Shown: one piece after another, positions 1-9,775 of the stretch
How positions within the stretch are numbered: the stretch's first letter is position 1
Layout: every line of letters starts with the position of its first letter
Source of the DNA: an uncultured Candidatus Rokubacteria bacterium
GTDB lineage: Bacteria > Methylomirabilota > Methylomirabilia > Rokubacteriales > CSP1-6
Direction: 5' to 3'
Assembly: GCA_963771355.1 (NCBI GenBank)
Contig: CAVYTA010000006.1
Span: 1,664,001 to 1,728,000, forward strand
DNA length: 64,000 nucleotides
Position numbers and translations under genes: made by a program
Notes under the pieces: model-generated
What the model saw: the letters and a program-made list of their open reading frames with translations, nothing else
What the model was told of the DNA's origin: nothing
Databases searched by the model: none

Positions 1-1899
1 GGTGGCGGGCTCGCTGCCTTCCCACTCCACCGCCACGATGCGCTCCTTGTCGAGCACGTTCTTGACCACGGTGAGGCAGTCGCGGGCGTGCACGGTGAGG
101 CCGCGGCCCCGCGTGATGAAGCCCACGATGCCGTCGCCCGGCACCGGGGCGCAGCACTTGCCGAAGCGGACGAGGAGGTCGTCGACGCCCCGGATGCGCA
201 CGGCGCCGTCGCTCTTGCGGGGCGCCTTCTGCGGCGTCCGGGTCTCCACCGGGTCGTGCACCGCGCCGGGGGCAACTCGACCCAGCACCTGCTGCACGGA
301 GGTCTTCCCGTAGCCGATGGAGGCCACCAGGTCGTCCACGGAGGGGAAGCCGAGCTCGGCGATGACCTTGCGCATCTCGTCCCCGCCCAGGAGCGCGCCG
401 GGCGAGAGGCGGTACTTCTTCGCCTCCCGCTCGAACAGCTCGCGCCCGAGCTCGAGGGAGCGGGCCCGCTCCTCCACCTTGAGCCACTGGTTGATCTTGG
501 CGCGCGCGCGGTTGGACTTGACGATCTTGAGCCAGTCGCGGCTCGGGTGCTGGGCGGGAGAGGCGACCACCTCGACGATGTCCCCCTGCCGGAGCGTGTA
601 GCGCAGCGGCACCAGCTTGCCATTGACCTTCGCGCCCACGCAGTGGTGGCCGACGTCGGTGTGCACGGCATAGGCGAAGTCGATGGGGGTGGCCCCTTCC
701 GGCAGCGACTTGACGTCGCCCTTCGGCGTGAAGACGTAGACCTCGTCGGGAAAGAGGTCGAGGCGCACGGTGTCGAGAAATTCCTTCGGGTCCGTGACCT
801 CCTTCTGCGACTCCATGAGCTGCCGGAGCCAGGTGAAGGCGTCGTCGAACTTGTCCCGATCGTTGCGGCGCTCCTTGTAGAGCCAGTGGGCCGCGATGCC
901 CTCCTCGGCGATGCGGTGCATCTCCAGGGTGCGGATCTGGATCTCCACCGGGTCCCCCTTGGGGCCGATCACGGTGGTGTGGAGCGACTGGTACATGTTG
1001 ACCTTGGGCATCGCGATGAAGTCCTTGAAGCGGCCGGGCACCGGCTTCCACAGCGAGTGGATGACGCCGAGGGCGCCATAGCAGTCGCGCACGGACTTCG
1101 TGATCACGCGGACGGCGGTGAGGTCGTAGATCTCGTCGAACTCCCGTCCGCCCTCGTGCATCTTCTTCCAGATGGAGTAGAAGTGCTTGGGGCGGCCGGC
1201 GATGCGCACCTCGATCCCCACTTCCCCCAGCTTGCTCTGGAGGATGGCGATCAGCTGGTTGATCTCGTTCTCACGCTCGAGGCGGCGCTTGGCCACCCGC
1301 CGCATGAGCTCCTGGTAATCCTCCGGATTCATCACCCGGAGCGCCAGGTCCTCGAGCTCGGCCTTCACCTTGGCCATGCCGAGCCGATGGGCGAGCGGCG
1401 CGTAGATGTCGAGGGTCTCCTGGGCGATCTTCTTGGCCTTCTCCGACGGCAGGTAGTCGAGGGTCCGCATGTTGTGGAGGCGATCGGCGAGCTTGATCAT
1501 CAGCACGCGGATGTCGCGCGCCATCGCCACCACCATCTTGCGGAAGTTCTCCGCCTGGCGCTCCTCGCGCGAGGAGAAGGCCAGCTTCCCGATCTTGGTG
1601 ACCCCGTCCACCAGCTCGGCGATCTCGGCGCCGAACTCCCGGGCCAGGTCCTCCTTGGTGGCGTGGGTATCCTCGAGCACGTCGTGGAGGAGGCCGGCCG
1701 TGACCGTGGTCACGTCCATCTTGAAGTTGACGAGGAGGCCGGCGACCTCCAAGGGGTGAGATAGGTACGGTTCGCCGGAGGCCCGCTGCTGCCCATGATG
1801 CGAGCGCTCCGAAAAGCGGTAGGCGCGATGGACGAGGTCCAGGTCAGCCGTTGGCTGGTACTTGGGGATCTCCTCGATCAGCGTCTGGAGTTGGATCAA
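1..1899 (-). CDS. rel: Bifunctional (p)ppGpp synthetase/hydrolase (long RSH), 3' end runs off the window
   Basis: Not in the ORF track (no stop in window). TTG start at 1899 with GGAGG upstream; manual translation gives AGLLHDVLEDT (HD), IKLADRLHNMRTL, GRPKHFYSIWKKM, RFKDFIAMPK..YQSLHTTV, EIQIRT and TGS VYVFTPKGDV..GATPIDFAYAVHT. Confidence 0.95.
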   Translation of the reverse strand, partial: MIQLQTLIEEIPKYQPTADLDLVHRAYRFSERSHHGQQRASGEPYLSHPLEVAGLLVNFKMDVTTVTAGLLHDVLEDTHATKEDLAREFGAEIAELVDGVTKIGKLAFSSREERQAENFRKMVVAMARDIRVLMIKLADRLHNMRTLDYLPSEKAKKIAQETLDIYAPLAHRLGMAKVKAELEDLALRVMNPEDYQELMRRVAKRRLERENEINQLIAILQSKLGEVGIEVRIAGRPKHFYSIWKKMHEGGREFDEIYDLTAVRVITKSVRDCYGALGVIHSLWKPVPGRFKDFIAMPKVNMYQSLHTTVIGPKGDPVEIQIRTLEMHRIAEEGIAAHWLYKERRNDRDKFDDAFTWLRQLMESQKEVTDPKEFLDTVRLDLFPDEVYVFTPKGDVKSLPEGATPIDFAYAVHTDVGHHCVGAKVNGKLVPLRYTLRQGDIVEVVASPAQHPSRDWLKIVKSNRARAKINQWLKVEERARSLELGRELFEREAKKYRLSPGALLGGDEMRKVIAELGFPSVDDLVASIGYGKTSVQQVLGRVAPGAVHDPVETRTPQKAPRKSDGAVRIRGVDDLLVRFGKCCAPVPGDGIVGFITRGRGLTVHARDCLTVVKNVLDKERIVAVEWEGSEPAT

Positions 1900-1941
1900 C
1901 CCGTGTCCTCCCTAGGTTGACCACTAATTTTGCCACCAAAA

Positions 1942-2880
1942 TCAGGCTTTTGCTACCACTTTCTTGGGGCGCCGGAGCTTCCCCTCCACCCACTCCGTCC
2001 ATTCCACGATCAGAGCTCCGGCGATATAGATGGTCGAGTAGGTGCCCGTCACCACCCCTACGGTCAGGACGAAGGCCAGGTCCTCCAGCACCTTGCCCCC
2101 GAAGAGATACAGGACCACGGTGGAGAAGAAGACGGTCAGGGCGGTCAGCACCGTCCGGGAGAGGGTCTCGTTGATCGCCCGGTTGATCTGCTGAGCGAAG
2201 GGCTCGCCGCGGCGCGCTCCCTTCCCCCGGTTCTCCCGGACCCGGTCGTACGCGACGATGGTGTCGTTGACGGAGTAGCCGATGATGGTGAGGAGCGCGG
2301 CGAGCACCGGCAGCGACATCTCGCGGTTGGTCAGCGACATCGCCCCCAGGCAGACGAGCACGTCGTGGATGATGGCCGCCACCGAGGCCACGCCCCCCTT
2401 CACGTCGAAACGAAAAGCGATATAGATCAGGATCCCCGCCATGCTGACCAGCACCGCATAGATGGCCTGGAGCTGGAGATCACGGCCGACCTGCGGCCCC
2501 ACGAACTCCACGCGACGGATCTCGGGACGGCCCAGGCTCGGGTCCTTGGCCAGGGCCCCCTGGACCTGGGCGGTGACCTGCTCCACCGAGGCATTCTGGA
2601 GCGGCAGCCGGAGGATGAACTCACGGGGGTCCCCGAACTCCTGGATGACGCTCTCACCCAGCTTGATGTCCTCCAGCGCGGTCCGGATCTTCTCGACCGC
2701 GACCGGCTTCTCGAAGCGGACCTGGATGAGGGTGCCGCCGGAGAAGTCGATCCCGTAGCGGAGCCCGCCCTTCATCGCCATGGACCCCAGCCCCACGAGG
2801 ATGAAGGCGATGGACAGCAGATAGGCCCAGCGGCGCCGGCCGATGAAATTGTAGTTCGGGTTGTGGAAGAGCTGGATCAT
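1942..2880 (-). CDS. secF: Protein translocase subunit SecF
   Basis: GIDFSGGT, VGPQVG, IGYSVNDTIVAYDRVREN motifs; directly follows secD. Confidence 0.97.
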   Translation of the reverse strand: MIQLFHNPNYNFIGRRRWAYLLSIAFILVGLGSMAMKGGLRYGIDFSGGTLIQVRFEKPVAVEKIRTALEDIKLGESVIQEFGDPREFILRLPLQNASVEQVTAQVQGALAKDPSLGRPEIRRVEFVGPQVGRDLQLQAIYAVLVSMAGILIYIAFRFDVKGGVASVAAIIHDVLVCLGAMSLTNREMSLPVLAALLTIIGYSVNDTIVAYDRVRENRGKGARRGEPFAQQINRAINETLSRTVLTALTVFFSTVVLYLFGGKVLEDLAFVLTVGVVTGTYSTIYIAGALIVEWTEWVEGKLRRPKKVVAKA

Positions 2881-4487
2881 ATGGACAGGGACGCGTGCTT
2901 CCGGGAGCCCATGTAGATCAGGTCGAACACCAATCGCGTGAAGAACACCGCGGTGAAGAGGCTCGCCGCGATCCCGATCATGAGCGACACCGCGAAGCCC
3001 TTCACCGGCCCGGTGCCGAACTGGAACAGGATGAGGCCGGACACCAGCACGGTGACGTGGGTGTCGATGACGGTCTTGAACGCGCGCGCGAAGCCGGCGT
3101 CGATAGCGGCGCGCACGGTCTTCCCCGCCCGTAGCTCCTCCCGGATCCGCTCGAAGATGAGGATGTTAGTGTCCACCGCCATGCCGATGGTCAGCACGAT
3201 GCCGGCGATGCCGGGCAGCGTGAGGGTGGCCTGAAAGGCCGCCATGGCGGCCAGCAGGATGAGCAGGTTGAGGCCGAGCGCGAGGTCGGCGATGAGGCCG
3301 GACAGCCGATAGTAGACGAGCATGAAGAGGACGACCACCACGCCCGCCGCCAGGGTGGACCAGACGCCGCGCTGTATGGAGTCAGCGCCCAGCGACGGCC
3401 CCACCGTGCGCTCCTCCAGCACCTGGACCGGCGCCGGCAGCGCGCCCGCCCGCAGCACGATGGCGAGGTCGGTGGCCTCCTCGCTGGTGAAGCCCCCGGT
3501 GATCTGAGCCTGCCCGGAGGGGATCCGCTCGCGGATGACCGGGGCGGAGTGGACATTGCCGTCGAGCACGATAGCCAGGCGCCGGCCCACGTTGGCCTCG
3601 GTGAGCTCGCCGAAGGCCTTGGCGCCCGCCGCGTTGAACTCCACCGACACGTAGGGCTCGCTGGTGTTCTGGTCGATGGAGACGCGCGCGGTGGAGAGGT
3701 CGGCCCCGGTCAGCAGCGTCTTCTTCTGGACCACGTAGGGGATCTTCCGTTCCTGCTTCGTCTCGCGGTCCACCCGCCGCTGATAGAGGAGCTCGTCACC
3801 CTCGGGCACCCCTTCGCGCACCGCTCGCTCCGGGTCCACTTTCTCGTCGATCAGCTTGAACTCGAGGAGCGCGGTCTTGCCGATGAGGGCCTTGGCGCGC
3901 TCCGGGTCCTGCACGCCCGGGAGCTGGATGAGGATGCGATTGTCCCCCTGCTGCTGGATGGAGGGCTCGGCCACGCCGAACTGGTCCACGCGATTGCGGA
4001 TGGTCTCGAGCCCCTGCCGGACGGCCAGGTCCTTGAGGTGGGCCACCTCGCGCGGAGACATGGCGAGGACGAATCGGGCCGCCGCCTGATCCGCCTCCTT
4101 GGTCTCGAAGGTCGCGAGCTCGGCCACCGCGGTCTGGGCCGTGCTCCACGTCTGTGCCGAGGCGAGCTCCACCACCAGCTCGGTGGCGCCGCGCCGCTCG
4201 ATGCGCTTGACCCCCACGCCGCGCCGCTCCAGGGCGGCGCGCATGCTGGTGGCCGCGCGCTCCACCTGCGCCTCCAGCGCCTTGTCGAGGTCGATGCCCA
4301 GCACGAGGTGGATCCCGCCCTGGAGGTCGAGCCCGAGATTGATGGTTCGGGGCAGGAGCCCTCCCTTGCCCGCGGGCGCCTGGCCATAGAGCAGCGGCCG
4401 CACGAAGGGCGGCGGATAGAGATAGATGAGCGAGCCCACGATGACCGCGGCCACGATGCCGATCCGCAGCCAGAGGTTTCGCCGCAT
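2877..4487 (-). CDS. secD: Protein translocase subunit SecD
   Basis: LGLDLQGG, IRNRVDQFGVAEP, LRAGALPAP, VGPSLG, GMAVDTNILIFERIREE. Confidence 0.97.
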   Translation of the reverse strand: MRRNLWLRIGIVAAVIVGSLIYLYPPPFVRPLLYGQAPAGKGGLLPRTINLGLDLQGGIHLVLGIDLDKALEAQVERAATSMRAALERRGVGVKRIERRGATELVVELASAQTWSTAQTAVAELATFETKEADQAAARFVLAMSPREVAHLKDLAVRQGLETIRNRVDQFGVAEPSIQQQGDNRILIQLPGVQDPERAKALIGKTALLEFKLIDEKVDPERAVREGVPEGDELLYQRRVDRETKQERKIPYVVQKKTLLTGADLSTARVSIDQNTSEPYVSVEFNAAGAKAFGELTEANVGRRLAIVLDGNVHSAPVIRERIPSGQAQITGGFTSEEATDLAIVLRAGALPAPVQVLEERTVGPSLGADSIQRGVWSTLAAGVVVVLFMLVYYRLSGLIADLALGLNLLILLAAMAAFQATLTLPGIAGIVLTIGMAVDTNILIFERIREELRAGKTVRAAIDAGFARAFKTVIDTHVTVLVSGLILFQFGTGPVKGFAVSLMIGIAASLFTAVFFTRLVFDLIYMGSRKHASLSI

Positions 4488-4822
4488 CAGGCGTTGCCGT
4501 CCTTCTCACCCGCCGCGGGCACGATGCGCCCGATGGCGGCGCGGTCGAATGTCAGCTTCACCTGATCGCTCACCCGGAGAATGACGGTGTGCTCGTCGAG
4601 GCCGGAAACCGTCCCGTGAATCCCGCTGGTGGTCACCACGCGGTCGCCCTTCTTGATGGCGGCGAGGAGGGACTCGCGCTCCTTCTTCTGCTTCTGCTGC
4701 GGTCGGATGACGATGAAGTACATGATGGCGAACATGCCAACCATCAGCGGCAGGATGGACATGAGGCCGCCGTTGCTTCCGCCGCCCGGCGGCGCTGCCA
4801 TCGCGTAGGCGAGATCCACCAT
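4487..4822 (-). CDS. yajC: Preprotein translocase subunit YajC
   Basis: YFIVIRPQQKQKK, KKGDRVVTTSGIHG; ATG 4822 chosen because GGAGG lies about 10 nt upstream. Confidence 0.95.
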   Translation of the reverse strand: MVDLAYAMAAPPGGGSNGGLMSILPLMVGMFAIMYFIVIRPQQKQKKERESLLAAIKKGDRVVTTSGIHGTVSGLDEHTVILRVSDQVKLTFDRAAIGRIVPAAGEKDGNA

Positions 4823-4827
4823 GAAGC

Positions 4828-5985
4828 TCAAGCCTCCCTGTCAGACGTATCGGTGTCGGAGCCGAGTTGCGATTCTACCCCATATCGCTCGATAAACCGA
4901 GCGCGGAATGCCCGGAAGCGGCCCTCCGTGATCGCCGCGCGCATCGCGGCCACGAGATCCTGATAGAAGGTCACGTTGTGCAGAGTGAGAAGACGGTAGG
5001 CGAGGAGCTCCCGCGCCATGAAGAGGTGGCGGACGTAGGCGCGCGAGAAGCCGCGGCACGTCTCGCACGCGCATTCCGCGTCGAGCGGGGCCGGATCCCG
5101 CGCGAAGCGCGCGTTGCTGATCGCGAGAGGACCCGCCGCGGTGAAGGCCTGCCCGTTCCGGGCGTTGCGCGTGGGCAAGACGCAGTCGAAGAGATCCACG
5201 CCGCGCGCCACCGCTTCCACCAGGTCGGCCGGCTTCCCCACGCCCATGAGATAGCGCGGGCGGTGCTTCGGCAACAGCGACGCGGTCAGCTCGGCGATGT
5301 CGTAGAGAACCGGCTTCGGCTCACCGACGGCGAGGCCGCCGATGGCGTAGCCGGGCAGGTCCAGCGCTACCGCCTCTTCGGCGGCGCGCTGCCGCAGCGC
5401 AGGATACATGCCGCCCTGCACGATGCCGAAGAGCGCCTGGCTTCCGTCCCCCCGCGCGTGCGCCGCCACCGTGCGCGCCAGCCACCGCTGGGTGCGCGCC
5501 AGCGAGCGCTCCGTCTCGGGCGCGGTCGCGGGATGCGCGAGGCACTCGTCCAGGGGATGGATGATGTCCACGCCCAGCGCCTGCTGAATCTCCACGCAGC
5601 GCTCGGGCGAGAGCATGCGCAGCGAGCCGTCCACGTGCGAGCGGAACTCGACCCCCTCCTCGCCGAGACGCCGGAGCTTGGCGAGACTCCACACCTGAAA
5701 GCCGCCGGAGTCGGTGAGGATGGGACCGTCCCAGCCCATGAAGCGGTGGAGCCCGCCCAGCTCGCGCACCGCCTCGTGGCCGGGACGCAGGAAGAGATGA
5801 TAGGTGTTGGCGAGCACCATCTGCGCTCCCGCGGCGCGGATGTCGCCGGGAGCCAGGCTCTTCACGGTCCCCAGCGTGGCCACCGGCATGAACGCGGGCG
5901 TGTCCACCGCGCCATGCGGCGTGAGGAGACGGGCCCGCCGCGCGGCGCCGTCGGTGGCCAGGAGCTCGAACGCGAAGCCGCCCAC
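4828..5985 (-). CDS. tgt: tRNA-guanine transglycosylase
   Basis: TPAFMPVAT, ANTYHLFLRPG, LTDSGGFQV, GIVQGG, YLMGVG, FDCVLPTRNARNG, Zn site CACETC..H. Confidence 0.97.
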   Translation of the reverse strand: MGGFAFELLATDGAARRARLLTPHGAVDTPAFMPVATLGTVKSLAPGDIRAAGAQMVLANTYHLFLRPGHEAVRELGGLHRFMGWDGPILTDSGGFQVWSLAKLRRLGEEGVEFRSHVDGSLRMLSPERCVEIQQALGVDIIHPLDECLAHPATAPETERSLARTQRWLARTVAAHARGDGSQALFGIVQGGMYPALRQRAAEEAVALDLPGYAIGGLAVGEPKPVLYDIAELTASLLPKHRPRYLMGVGKPADLVEAVARGVDLFDCVLPTRNARNGQAFTAAGPLAISNARFARDPAPLDAECACETCRGFSRAYVRHLFMARELLAYRLLTLHNVTFYQDLVAAMRAAITEGRFRAFRARFIERYGVESQLGSDTDTSDREA

Positions 5986-5989
5986 GCCG

Positions 5990-7027
5990 CTACTCGATCA
6001 GCATCGCGTCGCCGTAGGAATAGAAACGGTAGCCGGCGGCGATGGCGTGGCGATAGGCCGCCAGCACGAGCTCGAGGCCCGCGAAGGCGGCGACCAGCAC
6101 GAGGAGCGTGGACCGCGGGAGGTGGAAGTTGGTGAGGAGCGCGTCCACCGCGCGGAAGCGATGCGGCGGGCGGATGAAGAGGTCGGCCGCCCCCTGGCGG
6201 GCCGCCACGCGGCCCTGCGCGTCCGCCGCCCACTCGAGCGCGCGCGTGGTGGTGGTGCCCACCGCGATCACGCGCCGGTTCGTCGCGCGCGCTCGATTGA
6301 CCGCCGACGCGGTGGCGGCGGGGATGTCCACCGCCTCCGCCTCCATCCGGTGCTCCTCCACCGTCGCCGACCGGAGCGGCCGGAACGTTGCCGGGCCCAC
6401 GTGCAGCGTGAGCGGGTGCACCTCGGCTCCCCGCGCGTGCACGCGCGCGAGCAGCTCCGGGGTGAAGTGGAGGCCGGCGGTCGGCGCGGCCACCGAGCCC
6501 TCCGCGCGCGCGTAGACGGTCTGGTAGCGCTCCCGGTCATCGGGCTTGGGGGCTCCGTGCCGCTCGATATAGGGCGGTAGCGGCGGCAGCCCGTACCGCT
6601 CCAGCAGCTCGCGGGCGGGCCAGGGAGACTCGAGCGCCACCACGCGGCGGCCCTCCTCCCCCTGCCCGACCACCGCGGCGTGCGCGACGCCTCCGCCCAG
6701 CGCGATCCGCGCGCCGACCCGGCACCGTCGCGCCGGCCGCGCCAGCGCCTCCCAGCGGCCGGGCTCGAGCTCGCGGAGCAGCAGGAGCTCCACCGGGCGG
6801 CCGTCCTCGGCGAGCGCGCCGAGCAGGCGCGCCGGGATCACGCGGCTCTCGTTGAGGACGAGGCAGTCGTCGGGCCGCAGCAGCTCCGGCAGGTCCGCGA
6901 AGCGGCGGTCCGCCCAGCGCGCGCGGGCACGGTCCAGGACGAGCAGCCGCGAGCCGTCACGCGGGGTGGCGGGCTCCTGCGCGATCGCCGAGGGGGGGAG
7001 TTGGTAGTCGAACTGCGTGAGGTCCAT
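5990..7027 (-). CDS. queA: S-adenosylmethionine:tRNA ribosyltransferase-isomerase
   Basis: FDYQLP..IAQEP, PLPPYI, YQTVYA, AAPTAGLHF, AVGTT, TNFHLPRSTL, YRFYSYGDAM. Confidence 0.97.
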   Translation of the reverse strand: MDLTQFDYQLPPSAIAQEPATPRDGSRLLVLDRARARWADRRFADLPELLRPDDCLVLNESRVIPARLLGALAEDGRPVELLLLRELEPGRWEALARPARRCRVGARIALGGGVAHAAVVGQGEEGRRVVALESPWPARELLERYGLPPLPPYIERHGAPKPDDRERYQTVYARAEGSVAAPTAGLHFTPELLARVHARGAEVHPLTLHVGPATFRPLRSATVEEHRMEAEAVDIPAATASAVNRARATNRRVIAVGTTTTRALEWAADAQGRVAARQGAADLFIRPPHRFRAVDALLTNFHLPRSTLLVLVAAFAGLELVLAAYRHAIAAGYRFYSYGDAMLIE

Positions 7028-7037
7028 CCGGTTTCGG

Positions 7038-7046
7038 AGTGTAGCA
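7038..7046 (-). promoter_or_regulatory. Extended -10 element (TGcTACACT) 10 nt upstream of the queA ATG; likely short-leader promoter
   Basis: TGnTAnnnT match; no Shine-Dalgarno between it and the ATG; the identical 9-mer precedes the GAF gene. Confidence 0.5.
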
Positions 7047-7048
7047 AA

Positions 7049-7381
7049 TCACCCGATGCGCGCGCCCGGCGAGACCTCGAAATCGGGGCGCAGGAGTATC
7101 ACCTGGCCCGCCTCGTCGTAGGCCCCGAGCACGAGCACCTCGGAGACGAACGGCCCGATCTGCTTGGGCGGAAAGTTCACCACCGCGATGACCGCGCGGC
7201 CGATCAGATCGGGGGCGGAGTAACGATGGGTGATCTGGGCGCTGGAGCGCTTGACGCCCAGCGGCCCGAAGTCTACCCAGAGCTTGTAGGCCGGCTGCCG
7301 CGCCTCCGGGAATTCCTGGGCGTCGACCACCACGCCCACGCGCATGTCGACCTTCTCGAACTCGGCCCAGGTGAGGCCCAT
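7049..7381 (-). CDS. csaA: CsaA/Trbp111-family tRNA-binding / secretion chaperone
   Basis: FEKVDMRVG, PAYKLWVDFG, SSAQIT, AVVNFPPKQIG..SEVLVLG. Confidence 0.9.
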   Translation of the reverse strand: MGLTWAEFEKVDMRVGVVVDAQEFPEARQPAYKLWVDFGPLGVKRSSAQITHRYSAPDLIGRAVIAVVNFPPKQIGPFVSEVLVLGAYDEAGQVILLRPDFEVSPGARIG

Positions 7382-7392
7382 GCGGGCCTGGG

Positions 7393-8517
7393 CTACGGGA
7401 GCGCGGCGAACTCGACGCCGGGGTAGTAGTACTGGAGGATCTGGCGCGCGGAATAGCCGAGCTGCGCCATGGACTTGGCGCCCGCCTGATCCAGCCCCAC
7501 CCCGTGGCCGTAGCCGCGCCCGGCGAAGCGGGCCAGGCTACCGTCCACCGCCACCGCGAAGAGCGTGCTCTTGAGCACGTCGTAGCCGACCAGACGCCGG
7601 AAGTCGTTGCCGCGCAGGACGAGGCTCCGCGCACTGCCCTGCACCGAGATGCGCGTGACGCGAAGCGAGACGCTCCGCTCCAGCACGTCCAGCGCGAGCA
7701 CCCGGCCGACCCCCTGACCCCCGCGCTGCAGCGCCGCCTCCAGCGTCGCCAGCGGCACGTCGAGCGTCCAGTTGTGATGGGGAGAGTCCGACGGGAAATC
7801 CACCCGCACCGGCGGCAAGGCCGGCATGTTGGTGGCGGCGAAGACCATCCGCGGGTCCTCGGTGTGGCCACCACTATCGGTGTGGTAGAAGGCGGGAAAG
7901 AGATCGCCCGCCCAGAGCAGCACCTGCCCCTGCGTCTCGCGTACCGCGCGCCAGACCGGCGAGTCCGCGCTCACCCGCCCCGCGTATTGCTGGTGCACGG
8001 TGGCGGCGACGATCTCGTAGGGCTTGCCCGCGTTGAGCCGGCGGTGGTAGGCCGCGTAGGTCCGCGCGACGATGGCCTGGGCCTTGAGCATCTCCACCGG
8101 CATAGCCTCGCCCGCCTCCGCCTGCACGCTGCCGGTCACGTACTCCTCCAGCGGGAGCTCGTTCACGACGGTGAGACCGTCGCCGGTTCGCCGCACCTCG
8201 ACGACACCCGGGTAGTCGATCCCTCCCACCCGCACCGCGCTCTTCCGCGCCGCCGCCACGCGCAGGGCGTCCGCGCGCAGCCCCGCGCGCCCGAGGCCAC
8301 GCACCTCGAGCCCGGCGCCGCGCTCCACCACGCGGATCCAGGTGGGCGTGGCCCCGGTGAGCGGCCGACCGGCGAGGTCATGGAGGGTGAGAGGGCCGCC
8401 CCCCAGCTCGACCGAGGACACCCCGTCGGCGAGCGCCACGCGGATGGTGTCGCCGGCCGCGAGCGCGGGCCCGGCGCCGACGAGCACGGCCGCGAGCCAC
8501 AGCAGCGCGAGAATCAG
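7393..8517 (-). CDS. SpoIID/LytB-domain peptidoglycan lytic transglycosylase-like protein
   Basis: VVNELPLEEYV, LKAQAIVARTYA, GRGYGHGVGLDQAGA, ILQYYYPG. Start uncertain: CTG at 8517 overlaps the upstream stop and gives a signal peptide; the track start at 8643 lies deep inside the upstream gene. Confidence 0.88.
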   Translation of the reverse strand: MILALLWLAAVLVGAGPALAAGDTIRVALADGVSSVELGGGPLTLHDLAGRPLTGATPTWIRVVERGAGLEVRGLGRAGLRADALRVAAARKSAVRVGGIDYPGVVEVRRTGDGLTVVNELPLEEYVTGSVQAEAGEAMPVEMLKAQAIVARTYAAYHRRLNAGKPYEIVAATVHQQYAGRVSADSPVWRAVRETQGQVLLWAGDLFPAFYHTDSGGHTEDPRMVFAATNMPALPPVRVDFPSDSPHHNWTLDVPLATLEAALQRGGQGVGRVLALDVLERSVSLRVTRISVQGSARSLVLRGNDFRRLVGYDVLKSTLFAVAVDGSLARFAGRGYGHGVGLDQAGAKSMAQLGYSARQILQYYYPGVEFAALP

Positions 8518-8741
8518 CGGCGACCGAAGACGGCCAGGATCAGGGTGAGAACGATCGAGATGAGGAGCGAGGTGCCGAGGGGGATGTAGATATTCCAGCC
8601 CCCACGCTGGATGTAGATGTCCCCGGGGAGTCGGCCGAGCCATGGCACCTTTCCTGTGAGGCTGCCCGCGAGCAGCAGAATTACTCCCAGGAGTAGCATG
8701 ACCACGCCGAACCCCACGAGGATTTTGCCCAGATCCGTCAA
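8514..8741 (-). CDS. DUF2905-family small membrane protein
   Basis: 75 aa, two TM segments flanking WLGRLPGDI..YIPLGTSLLIS; usual position after ruvB. Confidence 0.85.
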   Translation of the reverse strand: MTDLGKILVGFGVVMLLLGVILLLAGSLTGKVPWLGRLPGDIYIQRGGWNIYIPLGTSLLISIVLTLILAVFGRR

Positions 8742-9775
8742 GACAGCGGGAGCTCTCCCTGTCCGATCTCCCGCGCCGGCCGCGCGTAGCCGAGATGCGC
8801 GTAGGCGGCGCCGGTGGCCCGGCGGCCGCTGGGCGTGCGCACGATGAAGCCGACTTTCAGGAGGAACGGTTCCACGACTTCCGCGAGCGTCTCCGCCTCG
8901 TCGTTGATGGTGGCGGCGATGGCCTCGAGCCCGGCGGGGCCGCCGCCGTACTGCTCAATGAGGGCCGCGAGGAAGCGCCGGTCCAGGCGGTCGAGCCCCG
9001 CCGTGTCCACGCCCTCACGGTCCAGCGCATCGCGCGCGATCGCCGCCGTCACCACGCCCTGGGCCTTGACCTGGGCATAGTCACGCACTCGCCGGAGCAG
9101 ACGGTTCACGATGCGCGGGGTGCCGCGGGCCCGCCGCGCGATGGCCTCCGCGCCGCTGGGCTCGAGCGGCGCGCCGAGGATGGACGCCGACCGCGTCACG
9201 ATCGACACCAGGTCCTCCAGCTCGTAGAAGTCCAGGTGGTGGAAGATGCCGAAGCGCTCGCGCAGCGGCGAGCTGAGCATGCCCGGCCGGGTGGTGGCGG
9301 CCACGAGCGTGAACGGCCGGAGGGGGATGCGCATGGTGCGTGCGTTGAGCCCCTTGTCCATCACGAAGTTGACCGCGAAGTCCTCCATGGCGGGATAGAG
9401 GAGCTCCTCCACCATGCGCGGGAGCCGGTGGATCTCGTCGATGAAGAGGACGTCGCGCTCGCCCAGGTTGGTCAGGATGCCCATCAGGTCGGCCCCCCGA
9501 TCCAGCGAAGGCCCGGCGGTGGTCACCAGCGCGGCGTTCATCTCATTGGCCATGATGGTGGCCAGGGTGGTCTTGCCCAGTCCCGGGGGGCCGGACAGCA
9601 GCACGTGGTCCAGCGGCTCGCCGCGTCCGCGCGCCGCCTCCACCGAGATGCGCAGGCTCTCCACCGCCGCGCGCTGACCGACGTACTCGTCCAGCCGCTG
9701 GGGACGGAGCTGCCGCTCGAGCTGCACCTCCTCGGGGAGCGCGCCGCGGCTCATCACGCGCGCCTCGTCCGTCAC
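8738..9775 (-). CDS. ruvB: Holliday junction branch migration ATPase RuvB
   Basis: LRPQRLDEYVGQ, GPPGLGKTT, FIDEIHRL, LYPAMEDF, RGTPRIVNRLLRRVRD. Confidence 0.97.
   Translation of the reverse strand: MTDEARVMSRGALPEEVQLERQLRPQRLDEYVGQRAAVESLRISVEAARGRGEPLDHVLLSGPPGLGKTTLATIMANEMNAALVTTAGPSLDRGADLMGILTNLGERDVLFIDEIHRLPRMVEELLYPAMEDFAVNFVMDKGLNARTMRIPLRPFTLVAATTRPGMLSSPLRERFGIFHHLDFYELEDLVSIVTRSASILGAPLEPSGAEAIARRARGTPRIVNRLLRRVRDYAQVKAQGVVTAAIARDALDREGVDTAGLDRLDRRFLAALIEQYGGGPAGLEAIAATINDEAETLAEVVEPFLLKVGFIVRTPSGRRATGAAYAHLGYARPAREIGQGELPLS

Noticed and set aside
88..1764. 558-aa plus-strand ORF and similar long antisense ORFs (e.g. 12378-14456, 28273-31137, 42733-45051)
   Set aside because: Shadow frames opposite well-supported genes; expected from stop-codon scarcity at high GC; no recognisable motifs.
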